A DNA stretch of 64,000 nucleotides from Azolla caroliniana (taxonomy: Eukaryota; Plantae; Polypodiophyta), in NCBI GenBank assembly GCA_043228905.1, contig JBHGNT010000009.1, positions 10,726,001-10,790,000 on the forward strand. The letters run 5' to 3'. Position 1 is the first letter of the stretch. Every line of letters starts with the position of its first letter. Below, one piece after another: positions 1 to 10,904 of this stretch. The translations under genes were made by a program, and so were the position numbers. The notes below the pieces were generated by a model. It did no database searches and was not told the DNA's origin. It worked only from the letters and a program-made list of their open reading frames with translations.

Positions 1-1994
1 GCTCGAACTTCCACCTGGTTCGTCAAGTCCTCCCGAGCCAACACCAGATACCGCATCTGCCCTACCCCCATCGACATCGTCACCAGATCCACCATCCACT
101 TGAAGTGGACGGCCGGAGGGTAGGTCGGGTGAAGCTTGTCCTGATGTCAGACTATGGAGTGCACCTGACAGCTTTCGAAAGTCGTCACGAACCGATGCAA
201 GTCCCGGTATAGTCCCGGCCACCAATACTTCCCCTTTAGCTTCTCGAATGTGGCCCACGTCCCGCGGTGTCCGGCCCAAGGACTCTCGTGGTATGCCGTC
301 AACAATTCTTCCTGTTCCTCTTTCCTCACCACTACTCGGAGCGGGATGCCGTTTCTCTTCTTTGGGTGCTTCCATATGCTCCCGTCCCGTAGGAAGAATC
401 GATACGCTTTCTTCCGAATCCGGTTGGTCTCTTCCTTTGTCCACGCCGCATCTGGTGTCATTGTCTTCAGGAACCCGCCAATCTGGAGCCACTCCCCGTC
501 GTACTTGCTCTCATCGAATTCGTTAAGCGCCGGAGTGCTCCCCTTCCTTGTTGTTACGTAAGCCGTCTCGAAGAAGTCCACACCGACTTCCTCGTACTCC
601 GAAACCATGCCGTCCTCGTCATCGAACCTCGCTCTCGAAAGCATGTCGGCCATGGCATTGTCTTTTCCGGAAATGTGTCGTATTTCCAGATTCAGGGACT
701 TGATGTATGCTATCCACCTGAGCATTGCCAGGTCCGACGTCGCGCATCCGGAAACCATGCTGAGAATTGGTAGGCAATCCATCTCGATTATCACCTCTGT
801 CCCGATCAGGTAGTCTTTATCGGCCTTGACCGCCAAAAAGATACCCCACAGTTCGCGTTTAACTTGGGCGTATCCTTGATGTCGCTCACCGAGGACTTTC
901 GTGCCGAACTGGATGGGAAACCTCGCGTCATCGTCATCCTCTTGGTTGATCACCCATTCAATCCTGATCGGACTCGTGTCCACGGTCACGTAAATCGGAG
1001 TGTCTTTGCTGTAGACAACCTTTCAGAGCACCGGTGCCGCGGCAAGTGCTTCTTTCATCTTTTGGACCGACTCCGTATGCTCGTCTCTCCACTCGAATTT
1101 ACGCCCTTTTTTCAACAACCCATAGAGCGGCTCCGCGACATGGGCGTACTGCAGGATCCAGATATGGTAGAACACACATGCCCCCAGGATCCTTCGGACC
1201 TCCGTAACTGAGCCCCCAGTATCACCGGATGCGAGGATGTGTTCTGCACGAAGAAGTGTTGATCGATCTCGACATCGCCGATTTTCACTCGTACATTCGG
1301 GTAGGCTCCGTGTAGCTCCTCCGTGGCGCGCATTGCTGCCCGTATCTTCCACCCATGCTTGGTGTTGATCGGCCACTTTCCCTTCTGGTAGAAGTCCATG
1401 GACATCAAGTTGATCTCTGAACCGTGGTCTACCAACGCCACCACCGGCTCCTGGATGTACCTGATCCGAACAGGGGTTTCCGTAGTGGCCCTAGCCCAAT
1501 GTAGCCTCGAGTAGTGGCTTTCCGCCAATTCGTCCTCCAGGGCCATGTCTTCTAGGTGCATCGTTCGCACCTCCACCGGCTTCTCCGGCTCCAGCTCCGG
1601 CTCCGTCGAAAGCCTTTTCTGCTTCACGAAGTCTACGAGGGAGTCGTGGAACACCTTCTTGGCGATACTGAGCATTTCCCTCAGCGATAGCTCCACTTTG
1701 GTGTTGAGGATCCGTTCCTCCAGGACCTTTCGTAGGTCCGTGGTCCTTTCGATCTCTGTGCTCAATCGATAACCAGCCTTCTTGGCCTTGTCCGGTGCGT
1801 CGGATGCATCGACATCATCTTGCTTCGGCCCGAACTGGGTCTCATACCGTTGTGAGGGTCCCCCCCCCCCCGGTCTTTCCCGCGCGCTTGTCTTCCACCA
1901 GAACCTCGTAGTTCTGGCACGCGACTTCCACGAAGTCTATCTTCTCTTCGACCGGGTCACTCCACCCGATTACCTCCCGGACCAGTCTTTCCGC

Positions 1995-2644
1995 TGTCGC
2001 GTTACTATGCGCGTGCGTGGAGAAACGAGGCGGGACCACCGGGGTCTTGAACCGAAGAGCAAGTGATAGAAGGGGAAGGAGAAGGAGAGAGAGACCTGGT
2101 CACGTATGAGCAAAGAAACACAGGGGCGTGGCCCGTCAACACAGAAGACGTGAATGGACACAGAGACAGGGAGAGACAAGTGCTTGTATATTAACGAATA
2201 ACAAGTACACAGCAGAACGCGCGATCGGCTACAACCGAATAGGCCGGCGAACAGATGCCGATGCCTGTTCATCTACGCACGAAATGGGGATAGGATGGAG
2301 GTGCTGCCGGAAGCACATGGGCGTTCCTCGAAGCAGCGCGAGCCTCCCGAGACCTGTAGAGAAGAGCAACAAAGAACAGACAGAGGAGAAGCGTTCGGTT
2401 CCGGTTCGACAACACTTCGTCCTCCTCAATGCGCGATCCCTTCTCCCTGCATCTCCCTCTCCTTTATAGCGTCAAGAAGGGAGCCGTCTCCCTCATTTAC
2501 TTCCTACCTACCGAATCTAACTACCCCGGATCTCTCTCTGTACCTAACTCTCTATATTATATACACTAAGAGCGCGCACACGTGAAGGGCCGGTTCATGT
2601 GCGCTATTCACCGATTGCGCCAGGGGACGGTTTTCTTCACGACA
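1995..2644 (-). repeat. 3' LTR of element A
   Basis: TG...CA termini, direct repeat of 8362-9011, adjacent to the PPT. Confidence 0.95.
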
Positions 2645-5600
2645 TCCGCCCCCACCTAACCGCGCATCCACCGGTATGCGCCAAAATTGGTTTTTGGTTG
2701 GAGAAAACTGGTCTGGGTTCCGTTTCTTCGTCCATCGGTTCGCCCTCAGTTTCGGACTGCTCGTCTTCGCTGTCCAGGCCTCTTAGATCCGGTTCGTCGT
2801 CGTGGCGTTTCTTGAACGCTTTCACCTGCTTCCCTGCTACCGGCATCGCCATCCTTGTACCGTCGAGTTCCGCCAGGTGATATGTCCCGTTGTCGTTGGC
2901 GCTCGTTACCACGTAAGGCCCGAACCACCGCTTCGCGAACTTCCGTGTTGCTCGGTGCTGGTTGTCGAGGCTGCTGTCGTAGACTAGCACCCAGTGGCCT
3001 TCCTCGATTTTCTTTGGTCGGAGCCGGTGCGTCCGGTCGAACCGGGCTTTTTTCTTCATCCTCGCCGCCCGAAGTCTCTCCGCCGCTCGTTCCACGTCCT
3101 CTGGCCTCCGCTCGAGCTGCCGTATACGCGCCGCTAGCAGTTCTTCCCGACTCATTTCGTTACTCCAGTCTATTGTCGCCCAAGAAGAGATCGTCCGTTC
3201 CATCGGCATGATCGGCTTCTGTTCGAACATGAGCTCTGACGGCATGAACCTGGTTACCGAACTGTGCGTTGTCCGGTCCTCCCACAAGGCGTAAGGTAAC
3301 AGCCGTGGCCAGTTCCTGACCTGGTCTCCGCATGCCCGGACTAGCGCTTTGACGATTGGCCCGTGTCTGCGCTCTACCTTCCTGTTTGCCTCCGGATTGT
3401 ACGCTGTGGTGAGCGAGAGCTTGAACCCCAACCGGTTGAACAACTCCTCGGCCTCTTCGGCGTCCAACTCCCCACGGTCAGCCACGATCTTTCCGACGCA
3501 CCCGTACCGGCATATCACGTCCTCGATCAGGAATCGACACACGGCCGCGGTCGTTTTGTTCTGCAGGGCTCGGCCTTCCACCTGGTTCGTCAGGTCCTCC
3601 TGGGCCAGCACCAGATATCGCATGTGTCCTATGCCCATCGGCATCGTCACCAAATCTACCATCCATTTGAAGTGGATGGTCGGAAGGTATGTGGGGTGAA
3701 GCTTGTCCCGATGTCGGACTATGGAGTGCACTTGACAGCTCTCACAAGTTGTCACGAACCGATGCACGTCCCGGTACAGTCCCGACCACCAGTACTTCCC
3801 CTTCAGCTTCTCGAACGTGGCCCACGTCCCATGGTGCCCAACCCAGGGGCTGTCGTGGTAGGCCTTCAACAATTCCTCCTGTTCCTCCTTCGTCGCCACT
3901 ACTCGGAGCGGGATGCCGTTCCTCTTCTTCGGGTGCTTCCACAAGTATCCGCCCCGGAGAAAGAACCGGTACGCTTTCTTCCGGATCCGGTTGGCCTCGT
4001 CCCTTGTCCACGATGCGTCCGACATCATTGTCCTTAAGAATCCCCCAATCTGCAGCCACTCCCCGTCGTACTTGCTCTCGTTGAAATCGTTAAGCGCCGG
4101 AGTGCTCCCCCCTTCGGTTGTTACGTAGGCCGCCTCGAAGAAGTCTACACCGACTTCCTCGTCCTCCGAAACCATGCCGCCCTCGTCATTGAATCGCGCC
4201 CTCGAAAGCATGTCGGCCATGGCATCGTCTTTCCCGATAATGTGTCGTATTTCCGGATCCAGGGACTTGATGTACGCTATCCACCTGAGCATCGCCAGGT
4301 CCGGGGTTGCGCATTCGGAAACCATGCCGAGAATCGGCAAGCAGTCCGTCTCGATAATCACCTCTGTCCCAATAAGATAGTCTTTATCGGCCTTTACCGC
4401 CGAAACGATACCCCAGAGTTCGCGTTTAACCTGGGCGTATCCTCGCTGTTGCTCGCTAAGGACCTTCGCGCCGAACCGGATTGGGAACCGGATGCCGTCC
4501 TCGTCTTCTTGGTTGACGACCCATCCAATCCCGGTCGGACTCGTATCTACTGTTATGTAGACGGGAGCGCCCTTCTTGTAGACAGCCTTCCGGAGTGCCG
4601 GAGCCGCAGCAAGAGCCTCCTTCATCTTTCGCACCGTCTCCGTATGCTCGTCTCGCCACTCAAATTTTCGCCCCTTTTTTAGCAACCCGTACAACGGCTC
4701 GGCAACGTGGGCGTAATGTGGGATCCCATATGTGGTGACCGAGTTACAGTCGGGCTTCATTGCGGAGATGGCTTCCACCTTTGTTGGAGACGGTTTCCGG
4801 CCATACAGTCCGGATAGATGTCCGACGACCATGATCTCTGATTGCCCGAAGGCCGATTTTTCCCTGGAGAAGGTGAGCCTCGTGTCGTCTAGCCTCTGCA
4901 GCACCCTCTCGCAGTCGTCAATGTGTGTCGCCACGAATTTCCAGCATCCATCCGGTCCGATCGTTTCGTCCTTTTCCTCCACCGGACATCCCTTGATTGG
5001 GATGTCATCCAAGAATGGCATGGTGATGTCCGGGATACAATCCCTCAGCACCTTGTTCATCGCATTCACCATGTGGGCCACCGAGTTCGTCCCTCCCTGT
5101 GGCAGGGTACACATCCGCACTAGGCCGAGAGGAGTCCGCATCGTCGTAATGTCTCTACTTTCCACGGCTAGTTGGAACTGATCGTACCCCGAGTACAGAT
5201 CACCGACCGAGTAGATCAACCTTCCGGCGAAGGCCTCCGCGAACTCTTCTATTGTTGGTCCGATTCCTGCGTTCCGAATGGTCACTCTGTTGACCGGTTG
5301 CAGGTCTTGAATGAAGCGCAACGCCCCGTTCTTCTTCGGTACGGTAAACCACCGGTTCGAGTACGGGGCACTCGACGGTTCGAGGATGCCCATATCAACT
5401 TTCTGCCTTAATAGCTCCATCAGATCCGGGATGTGAGCTCTCGGTACCGAAATTGGCTTGAGATTCCACGGCACATGCGGTACCGTGAATATCACCATTG
5501 GCTTCACGACTGCCGGGTCCACGCAACCGATCTCTCCCGGCGAGAATGCGAAGGCTTTCATGTGCCTTCCGAGCATTCTCCGAAACCGGTCTTCTTCCGC

Positions 5601-6188
5601 CTGCAGTAGGAACCCGCCCCCACCGACCTTGAGCTCCCGTAGCGTTCTGTCGGTGAAGGCGTGCCCTATGCAGGCCGAATCTCGAAAACTGGGGTCCGAC
5701 GCGACCCCCTTGATTCGTAACTCGCTGCCCTCCGGTAAGGGTGCCACGACTGGCCTTACCTTCCGGTCTAGAGTTTTGTACTTCGTGTTAACCCGGGCCG
5801 TCCGATCCGACTCGAGCCCTCGACTGAAGTCCGCGATGACTTCATACATCTCTTCTGAACAAACCGGTATCGTCCGGTCCTCTTTAAGGCCCTCTCCGAC
5901 CACCTCTCGCAGTATTCCGAAGGTATCGTCGAAGGAGACCGCCTCCACGGCTCCGTTGATTTCCTCGCTGGGCCCGAGAACTCCGCACGCCCGAAGTCGC
6001 TTTTCCGCTCTTGTCTTTTCTCGGCCTACGACGCCAACTATCGTACACCCTCCGTTGTCGGAGAAACAAAACTTCCTACTTATGGTACAAGGTTTCTTCG
6101 GTTTCGCTTCTATCGTACATTTGTGGGGTTTTCCCGGAGCGTCCAGACTGTTGCGGCCCCACGCCTTGGCAGCCCTCTCTAAAAATCC
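2637..6188 (-). CDS. Pol (RT-RNase H-integrase) of element A, probably reached by a -1 frameshift
   Basis: Within ORF 2637-6488: RT (DLYSGYDQ, FLDD), RNase H (VDTS...ETDC) and integrase (GHHG..C..C, VADRG, NRKVER). No chromodomain. Small internal deletion near 4730. Confidence 0.85.
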   Translation of the reverse strand, partial: GFLERAAKAWGRNSLDAPGKPHKCTIEAKPKKPCTISRKFCFSDNGGCTIVGVVGREKTRAEKRLRACGVLGPSEEINGAVEAVSFDDTFGILREVVGEGLKEDRTIPVCSEEMYEVIADFSRGLESDRTARVNTKYKTLDRKVRPVVAPLPEGSELRIKGVASDPSFRDSACIGHAFTDRTLRELKVGGGGFLLQAEEDRFRRMLGRHMKAFAFSPGEIGCVDPAVVKPMVIFTVPHVPWNLKPISVPRAHIPDLMELLRQKVDMGILEPSSAPYSNRWFTVPKKNGALRFIQDLQPVNRVTIRNAGIGPTIEEFAEAFAGRLIYSVGDLYSGYDQFQLAVESRDITTMRTPLGLVRMCTLPQGGTNSVAHMVNAMNKVLRDCIPDITMPFLDDIPIKGCPVEEKDETIGPDGCWKFVATHIDDCERVLQRLDDTRLTFSREKSAFGQSEIMVVGHLSGLYGRKPSPTKVEAISAMKPDCNSVTTYGIPHYAHVAEPLYGLLKKGRKFEWRDEHTETVRKMKEALAAAPALRKAVYKKGAPVYITVDTSPTGIGWVVNQEDEDGIRFPIRFGAKVLSEQQRGYAQVKRELWGIVSAVKADKDYLIGTEVIIETDCLPILGMVSECATPDLAMLRWIAYIKSLDPEIRHIIGKDDAMADMLSRARFNDEGGMVSEDEEVGVDFFEAAYVTTEGGSTPALNDFNESKYDGEWLQIGGFLRTMMSDASWTRDEANRIRKKAYRFFLRGGYLWKHPKKRNGIPLRVVATKEEQEELLKAYHDSPWVGHHGTWATFEKLKGKYWWSGLYRDVHRFVTTCESCQVHSIVRHRDKLHPTYLPTIHFKWMVDLVTMPMGIGHMRYLVLAQEDLTNQVEGRALQNKTTAAVCRFLIEDVICRYGCVGKIVADRGELDAEEAEELFNRLGFKLSLTTAYNPEANRKVERRHGPIVKALVRACGDQVRNWPRLLPYALWEDRTTHSSVTRFMPSELMFEQKPIMPMERTISSWATIDWSNEMSREELLAARIRQLERRPEDVERAAERLRAARMKKKARFDRTHRLRPKKIEEGHWVLVYDSSLDNQHRATRKFAKRWFGPYVVTSANDNGTYHLAELDGTRMAMPVAGKQVKAFKKRHDDEPDLRGLDSEDEQSETEGEPMDEETEPRPVFSNQKPILAHTGGCAVRWGRMS

Positions 6189-8344
6189 TCTCGGTTCTCG
6201 CCACCGAGGGACTCGCGGTTTCGCTCGTGGTTCGGTCGCACCGTCAGGAATTGAACCGAATGACGCCCGTCCTGACTTTTGACCCTCGCGTAAGCCGACC
6301 CGTTGTCCAACACCTTGGTCTCCATTCGCGCTGCCATAATGTACGGTTCCCCTAGAATAACCGGGTGCGAGGACATTTCCTGCACAAAGAAGTGCTGGTC
6401 TATTTCGACGTCGCCGATCTTGACTCGCACGTTTGGGCAGGCCCGGTGTAGTTCCTCGGTGGCTCGCGTTGGTGCCCGTATCTTCCACCCGTACTTAGTG
6501 TTGATCGACCATTTCCCCTTTTTGTAGAAGTCCATGGACATCAGGTTTATTTCCGAACCGTGGTCCACCAGTGCCACCACCGGTTCCTGAACATCTCCGA
6601 TCTTCACCGGGGTTTCCGTGGTCGCTCGGACCCAGTGTGACCTCGAATAGTGGCTCTCCGCCCACTCGACTTCCAGCGCCATGTCCTCTATGTGCGCCGT
6701 CCGCACTTCCACCGGCCTTTCCGGTTCTGCCTCTGTCGACAGCCTCTTCCTCTTCACCAAGTTTCACGATGGAGTCGTGAAACTCCTTCTTGGCTATCCC
6801 GAGCACCTCTCGCAACGACAGTTCCACCTTGCTGTCGAGGATTCGTTCTTCTAGGACCTTTCGCAGGTCCGTGGTCCTTTCGATCTCTGTGCCCAACCGG
6901 TATCCGATCTTCTTGTGGTTATCCCGGGCACTGGACTCACCGGTCTCGATCCGTTTCGGCCCGAATCGGGTTTCGTATCTCTGTGAGGGTCCAGCCCCTC
7001 CGTTCTTACCTACCCGTTTATCTTCAACCAGAGCCTCGTAGTTCTGGCAAGCTGCTTTGACGAAACCCGTCTTTTCTTCGACCGGGTCACTCCATCCGGT
7101 TACCTCCTGGACCCGCTTCTCTGCGCAGTCCGCCTCGTCTCTCTTCAGTCGGGCACCGGCGAGGCCTTCCAGCACCATCGGCCAGAATTCAGCTTTGCTC
7201 TCCTTCCGGGCCCCGTTGCCCCGCTGCCCCCGACCCGAATACCGGCTGATGCTGAGTAGTGGACGGTCTCCGCGTGCCGGGCTGCCACCTCTTCCATCAG
7301 CGTTTTCATTCCTCCTCTCCCGTCGTTTCGGTTCAGGACCCTCCGGGTATCGCTGGCGTGCACCCGACCTTCCCATAGGTACATTACCCGGCTTCTCAAA
7401 GCCTCCATAAAGTCCCCGCAGTCTTTGTGGATGTGGCCGACCTCGTCGCACCACATGCACCTACTTCTTGCCGGAGGCCGTCGGTCACGAGCCTGATCGC
7501 CGCCTTCCCTCTGAGCCTGGGCAATCTGGAGATCCTTTTCCGCTCGTGTCAACTCCTCCAGAGCTGTTTACCCGGACGAGCCTCTGATCACGCATTGTGT
7601 CGAAGGCGAACCGGTTTCGAGCCACTCCCGGGTCTCTTCCCTTCGTGCCTGTGGTATCGGTTCGAGCTTCCTTGCTGCGACAGGTCCCGCCCCGGTCGCC
7701 TTTGTATCAGCCCACTCCCACCGTTTGTCAAAACGGCCGCAGACTCTCTTTACCGCGGCCCAGTCGGTCGTCAGCCCGTCTTCGGTTTCCAGTAAGGAGC
7801 CAACTTGCCCCCGATCCCGTGCGTCAAGCGATTTGACAAACAGTAGGACACGACTTGTGTCCAGAACAGTCCGATCGAGCGCCGAAAGGCGCGCAAAGCG
7901 TTCCTTAAACTCCCGGAGGAGTACCGACACATTTCTTCCTTTGTTGGGGGACTCCACCCACTCCGTGAAGCTCCGCTTCGAAAGTCGAAGCGCGTCATCC
8001 AGCCCGTATTTCTCCAGGAGCCGTCCTTCGAACTCTTCCTAGGTCCGGCTCTCTGTCCGGACCTCGAGTACATCCGCATGGATGCCTGGCATCGCCACTT
8101 GAGGGAATCCGGCAAGACGCCTCTCTTCCGGAATATCCCTCATCAACATCTCCGCCTGATCGGACGCCAAATAACTCATGGCATCCTTTCCACTGAACCG
8201 GCCGATCATACCGACGATCGCCTCAATAGCCCTGTCAAGGGCGCCGGTGCCCTCACGCGCGCTCACTATCCGGTCCACGGCCGAAGCCATTGCCTCTGCA
8301 AGATCCGACCCCCTCATCTTCTGCTCCTCTGCCCCCTGTTTCAC
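6179..8344 (-). pseudogene. Gag-protease of element A, with stops and frameshifts
   Basis: Fragmented ORFs carrying a CCHC knuckle (CMWCDEVGHIHKDC) and an aspartic protease (LVDHGSEINLM). Ends ENREDF*. Confidence 0.85.
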
Positions 8345-8357
8345 GTCGGGTTCACCA
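8340..8357 (-). promoter_or_regulatory. Primer-binding site complementary to tRNA-Trp
   Basis: The plus strand reads TTCACGTCGGGTTCACCA, matching the 3' end of plant cytosolic tRNA-Trp as recalled. Same or near-identical sites at 10220-10237, 26120-26137 and 29541-29558. Confidence 0.85.
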
Positions 8358-8361
8358 AAGA

Positions 8362-9011
8362 TGTCGCGTTACTACGCGCGTGCGTGGAGAAATGAGGCGG
8401 GACCACCGGGGTCTTGAACCGAAGAGCAAGTGATAGAAGGGGAAGGAGAAGGAGAGAGAGACCTGGTCACGTATGAGCAAAGAAACACAGGGGCGTGGCC
8501 CGTCAACACAGAAAACGTGAATGGACACAGAGACAGGGAGAGACAAGTGTTTGTATATTAACGAATAACAAGTACACAGCAGAACGCGCGATCGGCTACA
8601 ACCGAATAGGCCGGTGAACAGATGCCGATGCCTGTTCGTCTACGCACAAAATGGGGATAGGATGGAGGTGCTGCCGGAAGCACACGGGCGTTCCTCGAAG
8701 CAGCGCGAGCCTCCCGAGACCTGTAGAGAAGAGCAACAGAGAACAGACAGAGGAGACGCGTTCGGTTCCGGTCCGACAGCACTTCGTCCTCCTCAATGCG
8801 CGATCCCTTCTCCCTGCGTCTCCCTCTCCTTTATAGCGTCAAGAAGGGAGCCGTCTCCCTCATTTACTTCCTACCTACCGAATCTAACTACCCCGGATCT
8901 CTCTCTGTACCTAACTCTCTATATTATATACACTAAGAGCGCGCACACGTGAAGGGCCGGTTCATGTGCGCTATTCACCGATTGCGCCAGGGGACGGTTT
9001 TCTTCACGACA
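8362..9011 (-). repeat. 5' LTR of element A
   Basis: Direct repeat of 1995-2644, next to the PBS. Confidence 0.95.
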
Positions 9012-10241
9012 CCGCGCGGTCCCCTTCCTCTTTCCTTAGTCGTACGTCGGCTAGGCCTTCCAGCATCAACGGCCAAAACCCAGAGTCCTTCATTTTCCGT
9101 ACTTCATCACTTCCAACCCAGATTCCAACCGACGCAGAGTAGTGGACGGTCTCCGCGTGGCGAGCCGTCACTTCTTCCATCAGCCGTTTCATACCCCCTC
9201 GTCCGACATTCAGATCCAGGGCCCTTGGGGTCTCGCTAGCATGCACCCGATTGTTCTATAGGTACATCACGTTAGCTCTTATCGCTTCGGCGAAGTCCCC
9301 GTAGTCCTTTCGGGCGTGGCCGACCGCGTTGCACCACAAGCACCGGTTCGTAGCCGGAGGCCTTCGGTCACGGACTTGTTCGCCGCCGTCCCTCCTTGCT
9401 TGTGCAATCTGGAGGTCCCTCACCATTTGAGTCAGCTCCTCCAGAGCCGCTCCTCCGGACAAACCTTTGACCATGCTGGTCGAAGTCGAGTCGGTGTCGA
9501 GCCAGTCTCAGGTCTCTTGCCTTCGCACTAGTGGGGGTACCTCGACCTTCCTTGTCGCAACAGAACCCGCCCCCGTCAAGCCTTTATCAACCCACTCACG
9601 CCGTTTGTCAAAACGGCCGCAAACTCTCTTTACCACGGCCCAATCGGTTGTCAGGCCGTCATCGGTCTCCAACAGGAAGCCCACTTGCTCCTGGTCCCTT
9701 ACGTCCACCGATTTAACGAACAATAGGACACGACTTGTGTCCAACACGGTCCGGTCCAACGCCGAAAGACGTGCGAAACGTTCTTCAAACTCCCGAAGGA
9801 GCACCAACGCGTTTCTCCCTTTTTCGGGGGTCTGCACCCATTCCATGAAGTCCTGCTTCGATAACCGAAGCACGTCATCAAGCCCATATTTTTCAAGGAG
9901 CCGACCTTCAAACTCTTCCCAGGTCTGACTCTCAGCCCGTACCTCAAGCACCTCCACGTGGATGCCCGACATCGCCACCCGAGGGAATCCGGGTAGTCGT
10001 CTGTCCTCCGGGATGTCCCTCATCACCATTTCGGCTCGGTAAGCCTCCAAATAGCTCGTGGCGTCCTTCCCACCGAACCGGCCTATCGTGCCGACGATTG
10101 CTTGAATAGCCCTATTGAGGGCAATTGTGCCTTCGCGCGCACTCACTATCCGATCCATAACCGAAGCCATGGCTTTTGCAAGATCCGACCCTCTCATCTT
10201 TCTATTCCTCTGCCACCTATTCACGTCGAGTTCACCAAATA

Positions 10242-10904
10242 TGTCGCGTTGTTATGCGTGTGCGTGGAGAACGAGGTGGGACCACGGGGGCCTTGGACCG
10301 AGAAATAACAGAATGAGAAGAGGGGAAGGAAACTACCGATGTACTTCGCACGCGCACAGACACACAGATTCACAGGAGGTGAACAATGGAGACAGAACGA
10401 ATGTATATGTATATGTAAACCAAGGAGTTACAACCGGCAAGCCGATGAGTGATAGGCTCCGACACCTGCACACACACACACGCACACACACAGAACGCGA
10501 GATGGAGACTTTGTCGGAAGCACTCGTGTGTTCCACGGAGCAGAGTCAGCCTCCCAAAAACCTGCACAGAACGACTATGGAGAAGACAGAGGAGAAGAGC
10601 TCGGTTCCAGTCCGGCAGCACTTCGTCCTCCACAAAACACAATCCCCTTTTTCAATACCTCTCCCTCTCTTTTATAGCCCAAGGAGGGAGGCCGTTACTA
10701 CCCGTTACATCATGTTTATTCCCTGTCCTTTCGGACAGGGATACGCCTCGATTTTCTCCCTAATGAATGCGTGCTACCTAGGATTTCACCTCAGCCGACT
10801 TGTACCTATATGCGTACTATACAACAAAACTTGTGCCCATGTGTAAGGGCTGGTTTATGCATGTTATACCCGGTTTCCGCCTAGGGACGGTTTTCTCCAC
10901 GACA
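10242..10904 (-). repeat. 5' LTR of element B
   Basis: TGTCGCGTT...CACGACA termini, related to the LTRs of A and C, with an adjacent PBS. Confidence 0.85.

Larger units (their letters stand above)
1995..9011 (-). mobile_element. Full-length Ty3/Gypsy element A nested in element B
   Basis: Two 650-bp LTRs (1995-2644, 8362-9011) with about 13 differences, almost all transitions. 4-bp TSD CCGC at 1991-1994 and 9012-9015. Removing the element restores the host frame (EEGDRAERLVREV). PPT at 2645-2657; tRNA-Trp PBS at 8340-8357. Confidence 0.95.
1..10904 (-). mobile_element. Ty3/Gypsy element B (tRNA-Trp-primed family). Decayed, interrupted by element A, and continues off the left edge
   Basis: RNase H/integrase ORF 147-989 (ADMLSRAR, GHRGTWATF), protease 1112-1765 (LVDHGSEIN) and gag fragments 9016-10224. 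PBS at 10220-10237; 5' LTR 10242-10904 (TGTCG...CGACA). Near position 1210 the protease joins directly to the end of RT, so about 1.6 kb of RT is deleted relative to elements A and C. Confidence 0.85.

Noticed and set aside
5458-6282. Long plus-strand ORFs opposite the Gypsy pol genes (also 23254-24069 and 3363-4037)
   Set aside because: They are antisense shadows of GC-rich coding sequence with no independent evidence of function.
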